Below are positions 10,429 through 19,626 of a DNA stretch of 58,226 nt, piece by piece. The first letter of the stretch is position 1. Each line of letters starts with the position of its first letter. Below the pieces are notes generated by a model. That model saw only the letters and a program-made list of their open reading frames with translations, did no database searches and was not told where the DNA came from. The stretch comes from an uncultured Bacillota bacterium (GTDB lineage Bacteria > Bacillota_I > Bacilli_A > RF39 > UBA660). The stretch is from positions 1-58,226 of the forward strand of contig CAMVLZ010000006.1 in the NCBI GenBank assembly GCA_947168485.1, in the 5' to 3' direction. A program made the translations under genes and the position numbers.

Positions 10429-10935
10429 GTGAGTGATATAGAAAGAAAAGATTTAACTATTAATGACGAAATGTTGTTATATAGTTTTAATAATATGATG
10501 AAAGATCATTTATTAGATTCTAATAATGATGATATTATGAATAGTTTAAAATATTTATGTTTAATTATGGATAATATAGAAAATAATGATCAATTTAAGT
10601 ATTTATTAGGTTATGTTGCTAAAGAACAAGGATTAATTGATAAGAATGAATATGTATTTGATGTAGAAGAACAATTTAAGATGGAAGCAATAATGCATTC
10701 TGCTATGAACTTATATAAACATAAGAATACTAATAAGAAAAAGATAGAAGCAGCACACTATAACTTTGTTAATTCATTAGATCAACACTCTAATTTAGAT
10801 GAGTTACATTCTATTAAGAATAGTGCATTAAATGAATTAGGATATGATGAAATTAATGAGAATAATGCTAAAGAAGTGTTCGATAATGTTGCTAAAAAAC
10901 ATAAAGTCTTAATTAAAGATAAAAGAAAAAAGTAG
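10429..10935 (+). CDS. HTH-less paralog of the C-terminal domain of 9562-10329
   Basis: Aligns by eye: SAMTLY/SAMNLY, KLEAAH/KIEAAH, ALKELGFTEINDDNANEV/ALNELGYDEINENNAKEV; own promoter TTGATA-17-TATAAT. Confidence 0.8.
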   Translation: MSDIERKDLTINDEMLLYSFNNMMKDHLLDSNNDDIMNSLKYLCLIMDNIENNDQFKYLLGYVAKEQGLIDKNEYVFDVEEQFKMEAIMHSAMNLYKHKNTNKKKIEAAHYNFVNSLDQHSNLDELHSIKNSALNELGYDEINENNAKEVFDNVAKKHKVLIKDKRKK

Positions 10936-10957
10936 GTAATATATTTATCTACTTTTT
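10927..10957 (+). terminator. Rho-independent terminator
   Basis: AAAAAGTAGGTAA...TTATCTACTTTTT hairpin. Confidence 0.6.
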
Positions 10958-10978
10958 ATTTTGATTCAAGAGGAATTA

Positions 10979-11006
10979 ACTTCCTATAATTGATATTATG
11001 TTAACT
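10979..11006. other. dif: dif site (XerC/XerD chromosome dimer resolution)
   Basis: ACTTCCTATAA-TTGATA-TTATGTTAACT closely matches the B. subtilis-type dif (ACTTCCTAGAA-TATATA-TTATGTAAACT); intergenic; at the coding-strand switch. Confidence 0.88.
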
Positions 11007-11157
11007 TCTATAACTTATTTCTTTATATATCAATGTTTTAATGTAGTTCATCATTCGCATCTCTTTGTAACTATCTACATAGTTTGTTTGTGTCATGATG
11101 ATGATGTGTATGAGTATGTGAATCATAAAACTTAAAAAAATTTTCTTACGCATTATT

Positions 11158-11272
11158 ATCCTTATTATAATATATTATAAGGATATATATACGCGTAATC
11201 CTTTATTATATATATTATAAGGATATACGTACGTGTAATCTACTTATTATATATAATATAATGATATATAGT
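11158..11272. repeat. Three tandem 40-bp imperfect palindromic repeats
   Basis: Units start at 11158, 11198 and 11238: ATCCTTATTATAATATATTATAAGGATATATATACGCGTA / ATCCTTTATTATATATATTATAAGGATATACGTACGTGTA / degenerate third copy. Confidence 0.85.
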
Positions 11273-12442
11273 CTATTTTAATTCTTCTAGTAAAGATGTT
11301 CCTATTTCTGGTTCATCTAATTTAAAGTTATCTGTTATAGTTGCTGCTATATCAGCAATAGTTGTTCTTTCTTCTAACCTTTTTGGTTCTTTGAAATTAC
11401 GTGAGTAGAGTATTAGTGGTACTTTTTCTCTTGTATGTCCACTACCCTCTTTAGTTGGATCACAACCATGGTCTGCTGTAATGATTAATAAATCATCTAT
11501 ATTTAATTTATTTATTATGATAGGTATATTTACATCTAATTCTTCAATAGCTTTAGCATATCCTTCAATATCTCTATTATGACCATATACTTCATCAAAA
11601 TCTGATAGATTTGCCATGCATAGTCCTTTAAAATCTTTATCCATGATATCTAATAGCTTATTTATAGTTTCGTTGTTAGAAATAGCTTTTATACGCTTAT
11701 TTATACCTTGTTCAAATATATCATTAATCTTCCCTATTCCAATAACTGATAATTTATTTTCATCTAATATATCTAATATAGTTTTATTATTAGGTTTAAT
11801 TGTATATTCTTTCTTAGATGAATTAATAAATCTATAATTATTTTCATTAGTACCAGCAAATGGTCTAGCAATAATTCTTGATATATTTAGATCTTCTTTA
11901 TTAGCAGTTAAAGCTCTAATTCTTTCACAATATTGATATAATTGTTGAATAGGAATAGAATCTTCATGTGCTGCGACTTGTAAATTTGAGTCACCTGAAG
12001 TATATACTATTAGTGATTCATAATTTCTCTCGGCATTACCTAGTTGTTTGATAATAGAATCGTTATTGCAACAAACATTTCCTATGATTCTTCTACCTGT
12101 AATTTTACTTATTTCTTTTAATAGTTCTACATCAAAAGCATTTGGAAATATTTGGAATTCTTCATTATTTTTAACCCCTACTATTTCATAATGACCACTT
12201 AATGAATCTACTCCTTTATTTATTGGATGACAAATTGTATAGTATGCTTCTGTTTCAGAGTCATCAGTCATATTTATTAAATTCATAAATCCAATTTTCT
12301 TTAAATTAGGTACAAATAATGGGTATTTTTCATTAATATGTCCTAGGGTAGATGCGCCTACTGAGTCATATTTAAATGAATCTTTTGCTTCCCCTACTCC
12401 TAATGAATCTAATACTAGTACAAATATTCTGTTAAAACTCAT
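11273..12442 (-). CDS. deoB: Phosphopentomutase
   Basis: VLDSLGVG, YTSGDS, IARPF, FDEVYGH and ITADHGCDP motifs; xerD-deoB synteny. Confidence 0.9.
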   Translation of the reverse strand: MSFNRIFVLVLDSLGVGEAKDSFKYDSVGASTLGHINEKYPLFVPNLKKIGFMNLINMTDDSETEAYYTICHPINKGVDSLSGHYEIVGVKNNEEFQIFPNAFDVELLKEISKITGRRIIGNVCCNNDSIIKQLGNAERNYESLIVYTSGDSNLQVAAHEDSIPIQQLYQYCERIRALTANKEDLNISRIIARPFAGTNENNYRFINSSKKEYTIKPNNKTILDILDENKLSVIGIGKINDIFEQGINKRIKAISNNETINKLLDIMDKDFKGLCMANLSDFDEVYGHNRDIEGYAKAIEELDVNIPIIINKLNIDDLLIITADHGCDPTKEGSGHTREKVPLILYSRNFKEPKRLEERTTIADIAATITDNFKLDEPEIGTSLLEELK

Positions 12443-12452
12443 ACTTTCAACC

Positions 12453-12689
12453 TCACTTTGTTTTTCTATTATTAATTATATTTATTATTGTTTTAATTAT
12501 TAATACTATCAATATTAAACTAAAAATTATATATATAATATTTAAATCTCTTATACTTGTTTTACTTGGTTCAATACATCTACTCCAATCACACCTTGCG
12601 GTATTAAATAAGGGAAATGTAACTGTATAAAATAGATTTAATATTACTAGAGATGATATATATACTATTAATTTACTTTTATTACTCAT
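12453..12689 (-). CDS. Small two-TM membrane protein with a Cys-Cys loop
   Basis: Start moved to MSNKSK after the GGAGG SD; two hydrophobic helices flanking RCDWSRC. Confidence 0.7.
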   Translation of the reverse strand: MSNKSKLIVYISSLVILNLFYTVTFPLFNTARCDWSRCIEPSKTSIRDLNIIYIIFSLILIVLIIKTIINIINNRKTK

Positions 12690-12714
12690 AAATCCTCCTA
12701 GATATAGTACACTG

Positions 12715-13602
12715 CTACCCTTCCTTACTTCTTGGATGGTATTCATTATATTCTTTTCTTACTAATTCATCTGATACTTCTGTATATATTTTAGTAGTAG
12801 TTATATCAGAGTGACCTAACATTTCTTGTACTGAACGAAGATCTGCTCCTCTATTTATTAAATGTGTAGCGAAAGAATGTCTCAATGTATGAGGAGACGC
12901 ATCTTCATTTAAACCTTTTTCTTTCAATAATTTTTTTAATATTTTGAAAAAACCTTGTCTTGATATTGCTTTACCATGATTATTAATAAATAAGTAATCT
13001 GTTTGTTCTTTTAATAGTTTATATCTTACTTTTAAATATCTATTTAAATAATCTATAGCATAATCTCCTACTGGAATTACTCTTTCTTTAGAACCTTTTC
13101 CCATTACTATTACAGTTCCTTCTAATAAGTCTATATCATTAGTTTTTAAACTTATTAATTCTGATATACGTAATCCTGTCGCATACATTAATTCCAGCAT
13201 AGCTTTATTTCTGTAATCTAGTGGTGTATCAAGTTTTATATCTAATAATTTATCTACATCTTCTATACTTAGTACTTTAGGAATAGATTTTCTTACTTTA
13301 GGTCTTGAAATATACTCAGATATATTTTCTTTAGTTATATTTTGTTTATATAAATATAAATGAAAGTTTTTAATTACTGTTAAATTGTGAGCGAGAGTTG
13401 TTGTTTTTTCTTCACTTCTTATTTTTAAGAAATCTTTTATATTATTTGGTTTAATTGTTATTACATTGTTTATTCCTTTAGATGATAAATATTCTTTATA
13501 TATATTTAAATCATTTCTATAAGAATTTATTGTTTTATCTGATAAACCTTTTTCAAATATACAATAACTTATGAAATCTTCTATCGCATCATTTATATTC
13601 AT
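12715..13602 (-). CDS. xerD: Site-specific tyrosine recombinase XerD
   Basis: YATGLRISEL, GKGSKER, SPHTLRHSFATHL and LGHSDITTTKIYT motifs; C-terminal HPR. Confidence 0.92.
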   Translation of the reverse strand: MNINDAIEDFISYCIFEKGLSDKTINSYRNDLNIYKEYLSSKGINNVITIKPNNIKDFLKIRSEEKTTTLAHNLTVIKNFHLYLYKQNITKENISEYISRPKVRKSIPKVLSIEDVDKLLDIKLDTPLDYRNKAMLELMYATGLRISELISLKTNDIDLLEGTVIVMGKGSKERVIPVGDYAIDYLNRYLKVRYKLLKEQTDYLFINNHGKAISRQGFFKILKKLLKEKGLNEDASPHTLRHSFATHLINRGADLRSVQEMLGHSDITTTKIYTEVSDELVRKEYNEYHPRSKEG

Positions 13603-13691
13603 AATAACAACTCTTTTCTTTTTATATTTTATCATTTTGGTATTAAAAAGACAAATTAAAAAGATTATACAAATGTATAATCTTTTTTTTA

Positions 13692-14108
13692 TTAACTTAA
13701 TGATATAGGTTTATATGATGTTTCTTCTGAAGGTAATTCTTTTTCAAAGTGATCACCTAAATAAGAATCTACTTTTTCAACAAATTCATCTGTTAAATCT
13801 TTAAATGATTGTTCTCCATAATGATTAATTAATGCTTTATTAATAAAATATTCATCTGAAATGAAATATGGATCAGCATCATCGTAATATCTACCAGTAT
13901 ATGGTTCAATTAAATCTGTAGATTTAGCTACAACCATTGCTTTATCAAATAATATATCATAAATTACATCTGCTACATTTTGTTGATTTTCTTGTACACA
14001 TTTTTTTGTTTGTAAAACATCATATAATTCTTTTATTTCTTCTTCACTACTTTGAAATTCATCTATTAAGAATTCTAATGTTTCAGAAGATATAATATCA
14101 TTACTCAT
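13692..14108 (-). CDS. Orphan acidic hypothetical protein
   Basis: GGGGGG SD before MSNDII; own consensus promoter and terminator; ends SYKPISLS. Confidence 0.75.
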   Translation of the reverse strand: MSNDIISSETLEFLIDEFQSSEEEIKELYDVLQTKKCVQENQQNVADVIYDILFDKAMVVAKSTDLIEPYTGRYYDDADPYFISDEYFINKALINHYGEQSFKDLTDEFVEKVDSYLGDHFEKELPSEETSYKPISLS

Positions 14109-14135
14109 ATATAATTCCCCCCATATATGTGACAC

Positions 14136-14164
14136 ATTATACCATATTTTGATGGTTTTGTCAA
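14136..14164 (-). promoter_or_regulatory. Consensus sigma-A promoter
   Basis: TTGACA-17 bp-TATAAT on the minus strand. Confidence 0.75.
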
Positions 14165-14219
14165 TATAAGGTACTTGTTAAAAGGGGTAATAATCACTAT
14201 AATATAAGTGGTGATTTAT

Positions 14220-15440
14220 ATGGACAAGCCTTTAGCTATAAAGCTACAACCTAAAAGTATTAAGGATATTATTGGACAAGAACATTTAATTGGAAAAGAT
14301 AAAGTATTGACTAATTTAGTTAAAAATAATCATTTGTTTTCAATGATACTTTATGGATTACCTGGTATTGGTAAAACTTCTATTGCGATGAGTTTAATTA
14401 ATGATTTAGATGAGAGATATAGAGTACTTAATGCGACTAATAATAATAAAAAAGATTTAGAAGTTGTTATTGAGGAAGGTAAAATGTATGGGGGTATTAT
14501 CTTAGTACTTGATGAAATACATAGATTAAATAAAGATAAACAAGATATATTATTACCTGAAATAGAATCTGGTAATATTATATTAATTGGTATGACTACT
14601 GAGAATCCTTATCATTCTATTAATCCTGCGATTAGAAGTAGATGTCAATTATTTGAGTTACTTCCTTTAACTTCTAAAGATATTATTAAAGGTATAAAAA
14701 GAGCTGTTAAGAGTGATTTTTTAGATGGAATAGATATTTCTACTAAAGCTATTGAAATGATAGCGAAATTGGCTGGAAATGACCTTAGATCAGCTTATAA
14801 TCTATTAGAAGTAGCTTACTACTCTACTCATGATCATAAAGTAGATGAAAAAGTAATAGAATCTATTAATTCTAAACCGGTATTCTTTTCTGATAAGAAT
14901 GGTGATGGTCATTATGATGTATTATCTGGTCTACAAAAATCAATTAGAGGAAGTGATGTCGATGCATCTCTTCATTATGCAGCTAGATTAGTTATGGAAG
15001 GAGATTTAGAATCATTATTTAGAAGACTTTCAGTTATTGCTTATGAAGATATTGGTTTAGCTAATCCTAATATTGGTCCTAGATTAGATGCTTGCTATAA
15101 TGCTGCTATGAGAGTTGGTCTACCAGAAGCTAGAATACCAATAGGTACTATTATTACTGAAATGGCTTTATCTCCAAAAAGTAATACTGCTCATGTAGCA
15201 TTTGATGAAGCTCTTGCTGATATAGAAAATGGTAATGTAGGAAAAATCCCTAATCATATAAAGACTGATTCTCCTCAATATAAATATCCTCATGATTATC
15301 CAGGTGCATATGTTAAACAACAATATTTACCTGATATTATAAAGAATAAAAAGTATTATAAACCTAAAGATGTAGGATATGAAAAAACTATAAAAGAAAT
15401 ATATGAACGTATAGATAAATTAAAAAGTACTAATGATTAG
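14220..15440 (+). CDS. rarA: Replication-associated recombination protein A (MgsA/RarA AAA+ ATPase)
   Basis: GLPGIGKTS, LDEIHRL, TTENP, QKSIRGSD and YKYPHDY motifs. Confidence 0.93.
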   Translation: MDKPLAIKLQPKSIKDIIGQEHLIGKDKVLTNLVKNNHLFSMILYGLPGIGKTSIAMSLINDLDERYRVLNATNNNKKDLEVVIEEGKMYGGIILVLDEIHRLNKDKQDILLPEIESGNIILIGMTTENPYHSINPAIRSRCQLFELLPLTSKDIIKGIKRAVKSDFLDGIDISTKAIEMIAKLAGNDLRSAYNLLEVAYYSTHDHKVDEKVIESINSKPVFFSDKNGDGHYDVLSGLQKSIRGSDVDASLHYAARLVMEGDLESLFRRLSVIAYEDIGLANPNIGPRLDACYNAAMRVGLPEARIPIGTIITEMALSPKSNTAHVAFDEALADIENGNVGKIPNHIKTDSPQYKYPHDYPGAYVKQQYLPDIIKNKKYYKPKDVGYEKTIKEIYERIDKLKSTND

Positions 15441-15447
15441 TACTTTT
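15423..15447. terminator. Bidirectional terminator between rarA and holA
   Basis: AAAAGTACTAAT-g-ATTAGTACTTTT perfect inverted repeat. Confidence 0.7.
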
Positions 15448-16396
15448 ATTTTGTAATATTAATTATAAAATCTTCAAGTAATGATATATTATCTTGATCA
15501 GTAGATTTCATTAATATATCTACTTCTTCTAATTTATTTATTATTCTACCCAATTCTTCTTTTGTATAATATCTAGTTAATTCTTTAGTCTTAGTAATCC
15601 TATAACTAGATTTTATATTTAATTTAGAAACTATTTCAGAATCAGACATTTTTTCTAATATTTTAACTTGATACATTAATCTTAATTGAGATTCTAATAG
15701 TGATATTAATCCAATAACATTAGGATCATATTCTAATAATTCATTAAACTCTTTTAATGCATTCTTTATATTCTTTTCACTAATTGATCTTATTAATGAA
15801 AATGTTAAATCAGTAGAATCTCCTAATTCTTTAGTCACTAATTCTTCTATATCTTCTTTTGATATAGTTTTTTCATTAATTTTATAATTAATAAGTTTAT
15901 TACATTCATTATCTATTTTAGAAATATTATTATTACAATACTCATCTAATAATCTAACTACTCCAGTATTTAGAGTATAACCTGATAATTTAGATTTAAT
16001 ATATTCTTTTGAATCTATTTCAGTATTAATAATATGACATTTCTTAGATAATGTTTTATATATATTAGTTCTTTTATTTAAATTATTAGTTCTAATTATT
16101 AATAGATTATCTTCATTAGGATTAGATATATATTTATATAGATGATCTAAATCACTTTCTATATCATAATCTTGTTTAGATATAGATATCTTATCTAACC
16201 CTCTTATTATGATAATCTTTTTATCTTGTAGAAAATTATATGTATCTAAGTCTTCTAAAGCATTATATAATTGAGTGTTTTCTAAGTCATAGATAGTTTT
16301 ATCAATATTTTTAAAATCTAATTTATTTATTAATTCATCTATCTTTTTATCTATAACTAAGTCATCTGTATTTTCTATGTAATAACAATTATTCAT
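15446..16396 (-). CDS. holA: DNA polymerase III subunit delta
   Basis: Length and pattern (FLQDKKIIII, NECNKL..Y, ITKE-like ISKEDIEELV, D...K at C-terminus). Confidence 0.82.
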   Translation of the reverse strand: MNNCYYIENTDDLVIDKKIDELINKLDFKNIDKTIYDLENTQLYNALEDLDTYNFLQDKKIIIIRGLDKISISKQDYDIESDLDHLYKYISNPNEDNLLIIRTNNLNKRTNIYKTLSKKCHIINTEIDSKEYIKSKLSGYTLNTGVVRLLDEYCNNNISKIDNECNKLINYKINEKTISKEDIEELVTKELGDSTDLTFSLIRSISEKNIKNALKEFNELLEYDPNVIGLISLLESQLRLMYQVKILEKMSDSEIVSKLNIKSSYRITKTKELTRYYTKEELGRIINKLEEVDILMKSTDQDNISLLEDFIINITK

Positions 16397-19076
16397 TAAT
16401 GTATTTTTCTACCTCTTTTAATGCTTCATCTAAATGAGATACATCTTTTCCTCCACCTTCAGCAAATGTAGGTTTTCCTCCTCCATTACCTCCAGTCTTA
16501 GTTGCGATAAATTTAACTATATCTCCTGCTTTGATAGATGAATTAGATCTAGCAATATATGAAATTTTATCATCTTTAACATTAGCAAATAGTATTAAAT
16601 AATTTTCTTTACCATTAATAATATTATCTGCGATTTCTTTTAATAAATTATTATCTTTATTATATAATTTCATAATTATAGTAGTTATATTACCTATTAC
16701 TTTTTCTTTTTCTTTATATGAATCTAAATTATCTAATTCAATTTTCTCTTTAGCTTCAAAGTATTCTTTTTCTAATTTTTTATATTCTTTTTGAACATAT
16801 TCTAATTGATTACGATAATAGATAATATCTTTGTATGATTCAGGCTTTTCATTTTCTAAATCAACATCAAAGTCTAATTTAATATTTTCTTTTCTTGCTT
16901 GCTCTAGCAATTCTTTAGCTTTGATTAATATTTTAACTACTTCATCATTATATGGTTTGATAATGTTATAAAGAGTTCTTTCAATATCAGAACCAGTTGT
17001 TGCTTCTACACGATAAACATTACTACCTTTAGATTCTACATTAGTGATTGCTAGTTTAGTAATTTTAGAAGTATTTGTAGTATGAGTACCTCCACAAAGT
17101 TCTATTGATTTACCTATTTTAACTACACGTACTTTTTCTTGATATTTTTCATCAAATAAAGCCATTGCTCCTAATTGTTTAGCTTTTTCTAAAGGCATTA
17201 TTTCAGTAGATACAATTATATCTTTATTTATATAGTCATTAGCAAAGTTTTCAGTTTCGATAATTTTTTCATCAGTCATTTTACCTGGATAAGTAAAGTC
17301 AAATCTTAATTTTGTATCATCTACGTATGATCCAGCTTGTCTAATTTGATCAGATACTATTTGTTGTAATGAATATTGTAAGATATGAACTGATGAGTGG
17401 TTTTGTTCTATTTTCTTTCTTCTTTCTTTATCAACTATAGCTTCACAATGATCATTTAATTTAATAATTCCATCTAATAGTTTAACTTTATGAATATTTT
17501 GTCCATTTGGTCCTTTAATTACATTTAAAACACGAGCTTTAAATTTAGGTCCAATAATCATTCCTGTATCAGCAACTTGTCCACCAGCTTCTGCATAGAA
17601 ACAAGTTCTATCAAGTACAATATATCCTTCACCAGCAAGTTCTTCTTGCATCTTATCATGAGAGAATATTGCGATAACATTAGATTTAATACGATAAATA
17701 TTATAAACAAATGAAGACTCTTTTTTGAAATCTAATAATACTTTATTTTGTTCAGCCATCTTAGTAGCATTAGTCATAGACTTACGAGCAAGTTCTTTTT
17801 GTTTATCCATATATTTATCAAATTCTTCTTTAGAAGTTGTATACCCTATTTCACTTAAATATTCTTCAGTTAATTCAAATGGGAATCCATAAGTATCATA
17901 TAACTTAAATGCATCTTCTCCAGATATTGTTTTATCATTCGCGTTAGCAATTATTTCTTTTAATCGTTTTTCTCCTAAGGTTAGAGTTTTTAAGAATAGT
18001 TTTTCTTCTGTAAGAATTTCTTTTTCTACTTCTTCTTGTCTATCTTTTAGATATGGGTATGCATGATGCATTACTTTTACTACTTCATCTACTATTTTAT
18101 ACATAAATGGAGTTTCTATACCTATATTCTTACCAAAACGTTCACTTCTTCTTAATAATCTTCTAAGTACATATCCTCTTCCTGCATTATCAAAAGTTGC
18201 TCCATCAGCTATAGCAAATGTAATTGCTCTAATATGATCAGCAATTATTTTAAATTCTTTTTGTCCAGAATAGTTTTCTTTAGCTAAAGAATCTATCTTT
18301 TCTATTATTGGTTTAAATAAGTCTGTTTCAAAGTTAGAATCTACTCCTTGGAATATACAAGCCCATCTTTCTAATCCAGCACCTGTATCTATATTCTTAG
18401 ATGGTAATTCATTGTAGTCTTTTCTATCTTTTCCTTCTTCTGAATTGAATTGTGAGAAGACATTATTCCATATTTCTACAAATCGTTCTTGGTCTTCATC
18501 TTTTTTAAATAATTCTAATGAATTCTTCTTTTCATTTTCATATTCTTCTCCACGATCATAGAATATTTCAGAGTCTGGTCCACAAGGGCCTTCTCCTATT
18601 TCCCAATAATTACCTTCTAGTCTTACTATATGATCTTCATCTAAACCTACTTCTATCCATTTGTTATAAGCATCATCATCGTCGTAATAAACTGTTACAT
18701 ATAATTTTTCTTTAGGTATACCAAAGTATTTTTCACTAGTTAATAATTCAAAAGAGAATTCAATTGCTTCATCTTTAAAATAATCTCCTATTGAGAAATT
18801 ACCCATCATTTCAAAGAATGTTTGATGTCTTTTTGTAATACCAACATTTTCTATATCATTAGTTCTTATACATTTTTGAATACTAACTAATCTCTTATTA
18901 TCAGGAACTATTGTTCCATCAAAGTATTTTTTTAGAGGAGTTACTCCTGCATTTATCCATAGAATTGAATCATCATCTATAGGTACTAAAGGTGCTGATT
19001 CAACTATTTTGTGTTTATGTTTTTCAAAGAAATTACACCATGTATTTCTTATCTCATCATGTGTCATATATTTCAT
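16389..19076 (-). CDS. alaS: Alanine--tRNA ligase
   Basis: FFEMMGNFSIGDYFK, IDTGAGLER, NHSSVH...ELCGGTH editing domain and GGNGGGKP motifs. Confidence 0.97.
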   Translation of the reverse strand: MKYMTHDEIRNTWCNFFEKHKHKIVESAPLVPIDDDSILWINAGVTPLKKYFDGTIVPDNKRLVSIQKCIRTNDIENVGITKRHQTFFEMMGNFSIGDYFKDEAIEFSFELLTSEKYFGIPKEKLYVTVYYDDDDAYNKWIEVGLDEDHIVRLEGNYWEIGEGPCGPDSEIFYDRGEEYENEKKNSLELFKKDEDQERFVEIWNNVFSQFNSEEGKDRKDYNELPSKNIDTGAGLERWACIFQGVDSNFETDLFKPIIEKIDSLAKENYSGQKEFKIIADHIRAITFAIADGATFDNAGRGYVLRRLLRRSERFGKNIGIETPFMYKIVDEVVKVMHHAYPYLKDRQEEVEKEILTEEKLFLKTLTLGEKRLKEIIANANDKTISGEDAFKLYDTYGFPFELTEEYLSEIGYTTSKEEFDKYMDKQKELARKSMTNATKMAEQNKVLLDFKKESSFVYNIYRIKSNVIAIFSHDKMQEELAGEGYIVLDRTCFYAEAGGQVADTGMIIGPKFKARVLNVIKGPNGQNIHKVKLLDGIIKLNDHCEAIVDKERRKKIEQNHSSVHILQYSLQQIVSDQIRQAGSYVDDTKLRFDFTYPGKMTDEKIIETENFANDYINKDIIVSTEIMPLEKAKQLGAMALFDEKYQEKVRVVKIGKSIELCGGTHTTNTSKITKLAITNVESKGSNVYRVEATTGSDIERTLYNIIKPYNDEVVKILIKAKELLEQARKENIKLDFDVDLENEKPESYKDIIYYRNQLEYVQKEYKKLEKEYFEAKEKIELDNLDSYKEKEKVIGNITTIIMKLYNKDNNLLKEIADNIINGKENYLILFANVKDDKISYIARSNSSIKAGDIVKFIATKTGGNGGGKPTFAEGGGKDVSHLDEALKEVEKYINE

Positions 19077-19077
19077 G

Positions 19078-19626
19078 TTAATCTATCCTTTCTAATATCT
19101 CTTTTAGTCTATTTATTTCATCTTCAGTAGTTGTATTATTTAAAATATAGTAATCTGCATATCCAATAGGCCCACCCTTTTCAATATTTTCTATTTCTGA
19201 TAAGTCTCTATAGATAATATCTTCTCTTTTGAATGGTCTATCTGGTCTTTTGGCGACTCTTTCATATCTTATTTCTTTATCTACAACTATACATATTAGT
19301 TTTAGATTAGGAAATTTTTCTATTAAATATTTATATTCTGACCAAGAATATAATCCATCTATAACAACATTACTTTTTTCTAATGAATTCTTTATATCTT
19401 CTTCAGAAAGAATTGCATAGCAAGCTGGACCATGTTCTTTTCTTAATTTTTCACGAAATTCTTTTTCACTTTTACCATCTTCAGTACGTTCTATTCCAGC
19501 TTCTCGCATTAATTTATAAGTGATTCCTCCAAAGTATATTTTAGTCCAATTATTTTCTTCTAAATAATCAGTTACTATAGATTTACCACTACCACTCATA
19601 CCTACTACAGCAATTAATTTATTCAT
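19078..19626 (-). CDS. P-loop kinase, dephospho-CoA kinase-like (UPF0200/AAA family)
   Basis: VVGMSGSGKS Walker A, VVIDGLYSWSE, RDLSEIE; start moved to MNKLIAV. Confidence 0.75.
   Translation of the reverse strand: MNKLIAVVGMSGSGKSIVTDYLEENNWTKIYFGGITYKLMREAGIERTEDGKSEKEFREKLRKEHGPACYAILSEEDIKNSLEKSNVVIDGLYSWSEYKYLIEKFPNLKLICIVVDKEIRYERVAKRPDRPFKREDIIYRDLSEIENIEKGGPIGYADYYILNNTTTEDEINRLKEILERID

Noticed and set aside
11071-11125. His-rich reading (HTHTHHHHD) on the minus strand as a his attenuator peptide
   Set aside because: No in-frame start before the upstream stop, and no his genes downstream.
11158-11237. Repeat cores as extra dif sites
   Set aside because: TATAA and TTAT are separated by 4 bp rather than 6, and the outer XerC/XerD arm sequences are absent.
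11158-11272. 40-bp repeats as a CRISPR mini-array
   Set aside because: Linkers are about 13 bp and nearly identical rather than unique spacers, and there are no cas genes in the window.
12715-13602. Tyrosine recombinase as a prophage/ICE integrase
   Set aside because: Sequence and xerD-deoB context fit housekeeping XerD; no phage or conjugation genes or att duplications were seen.
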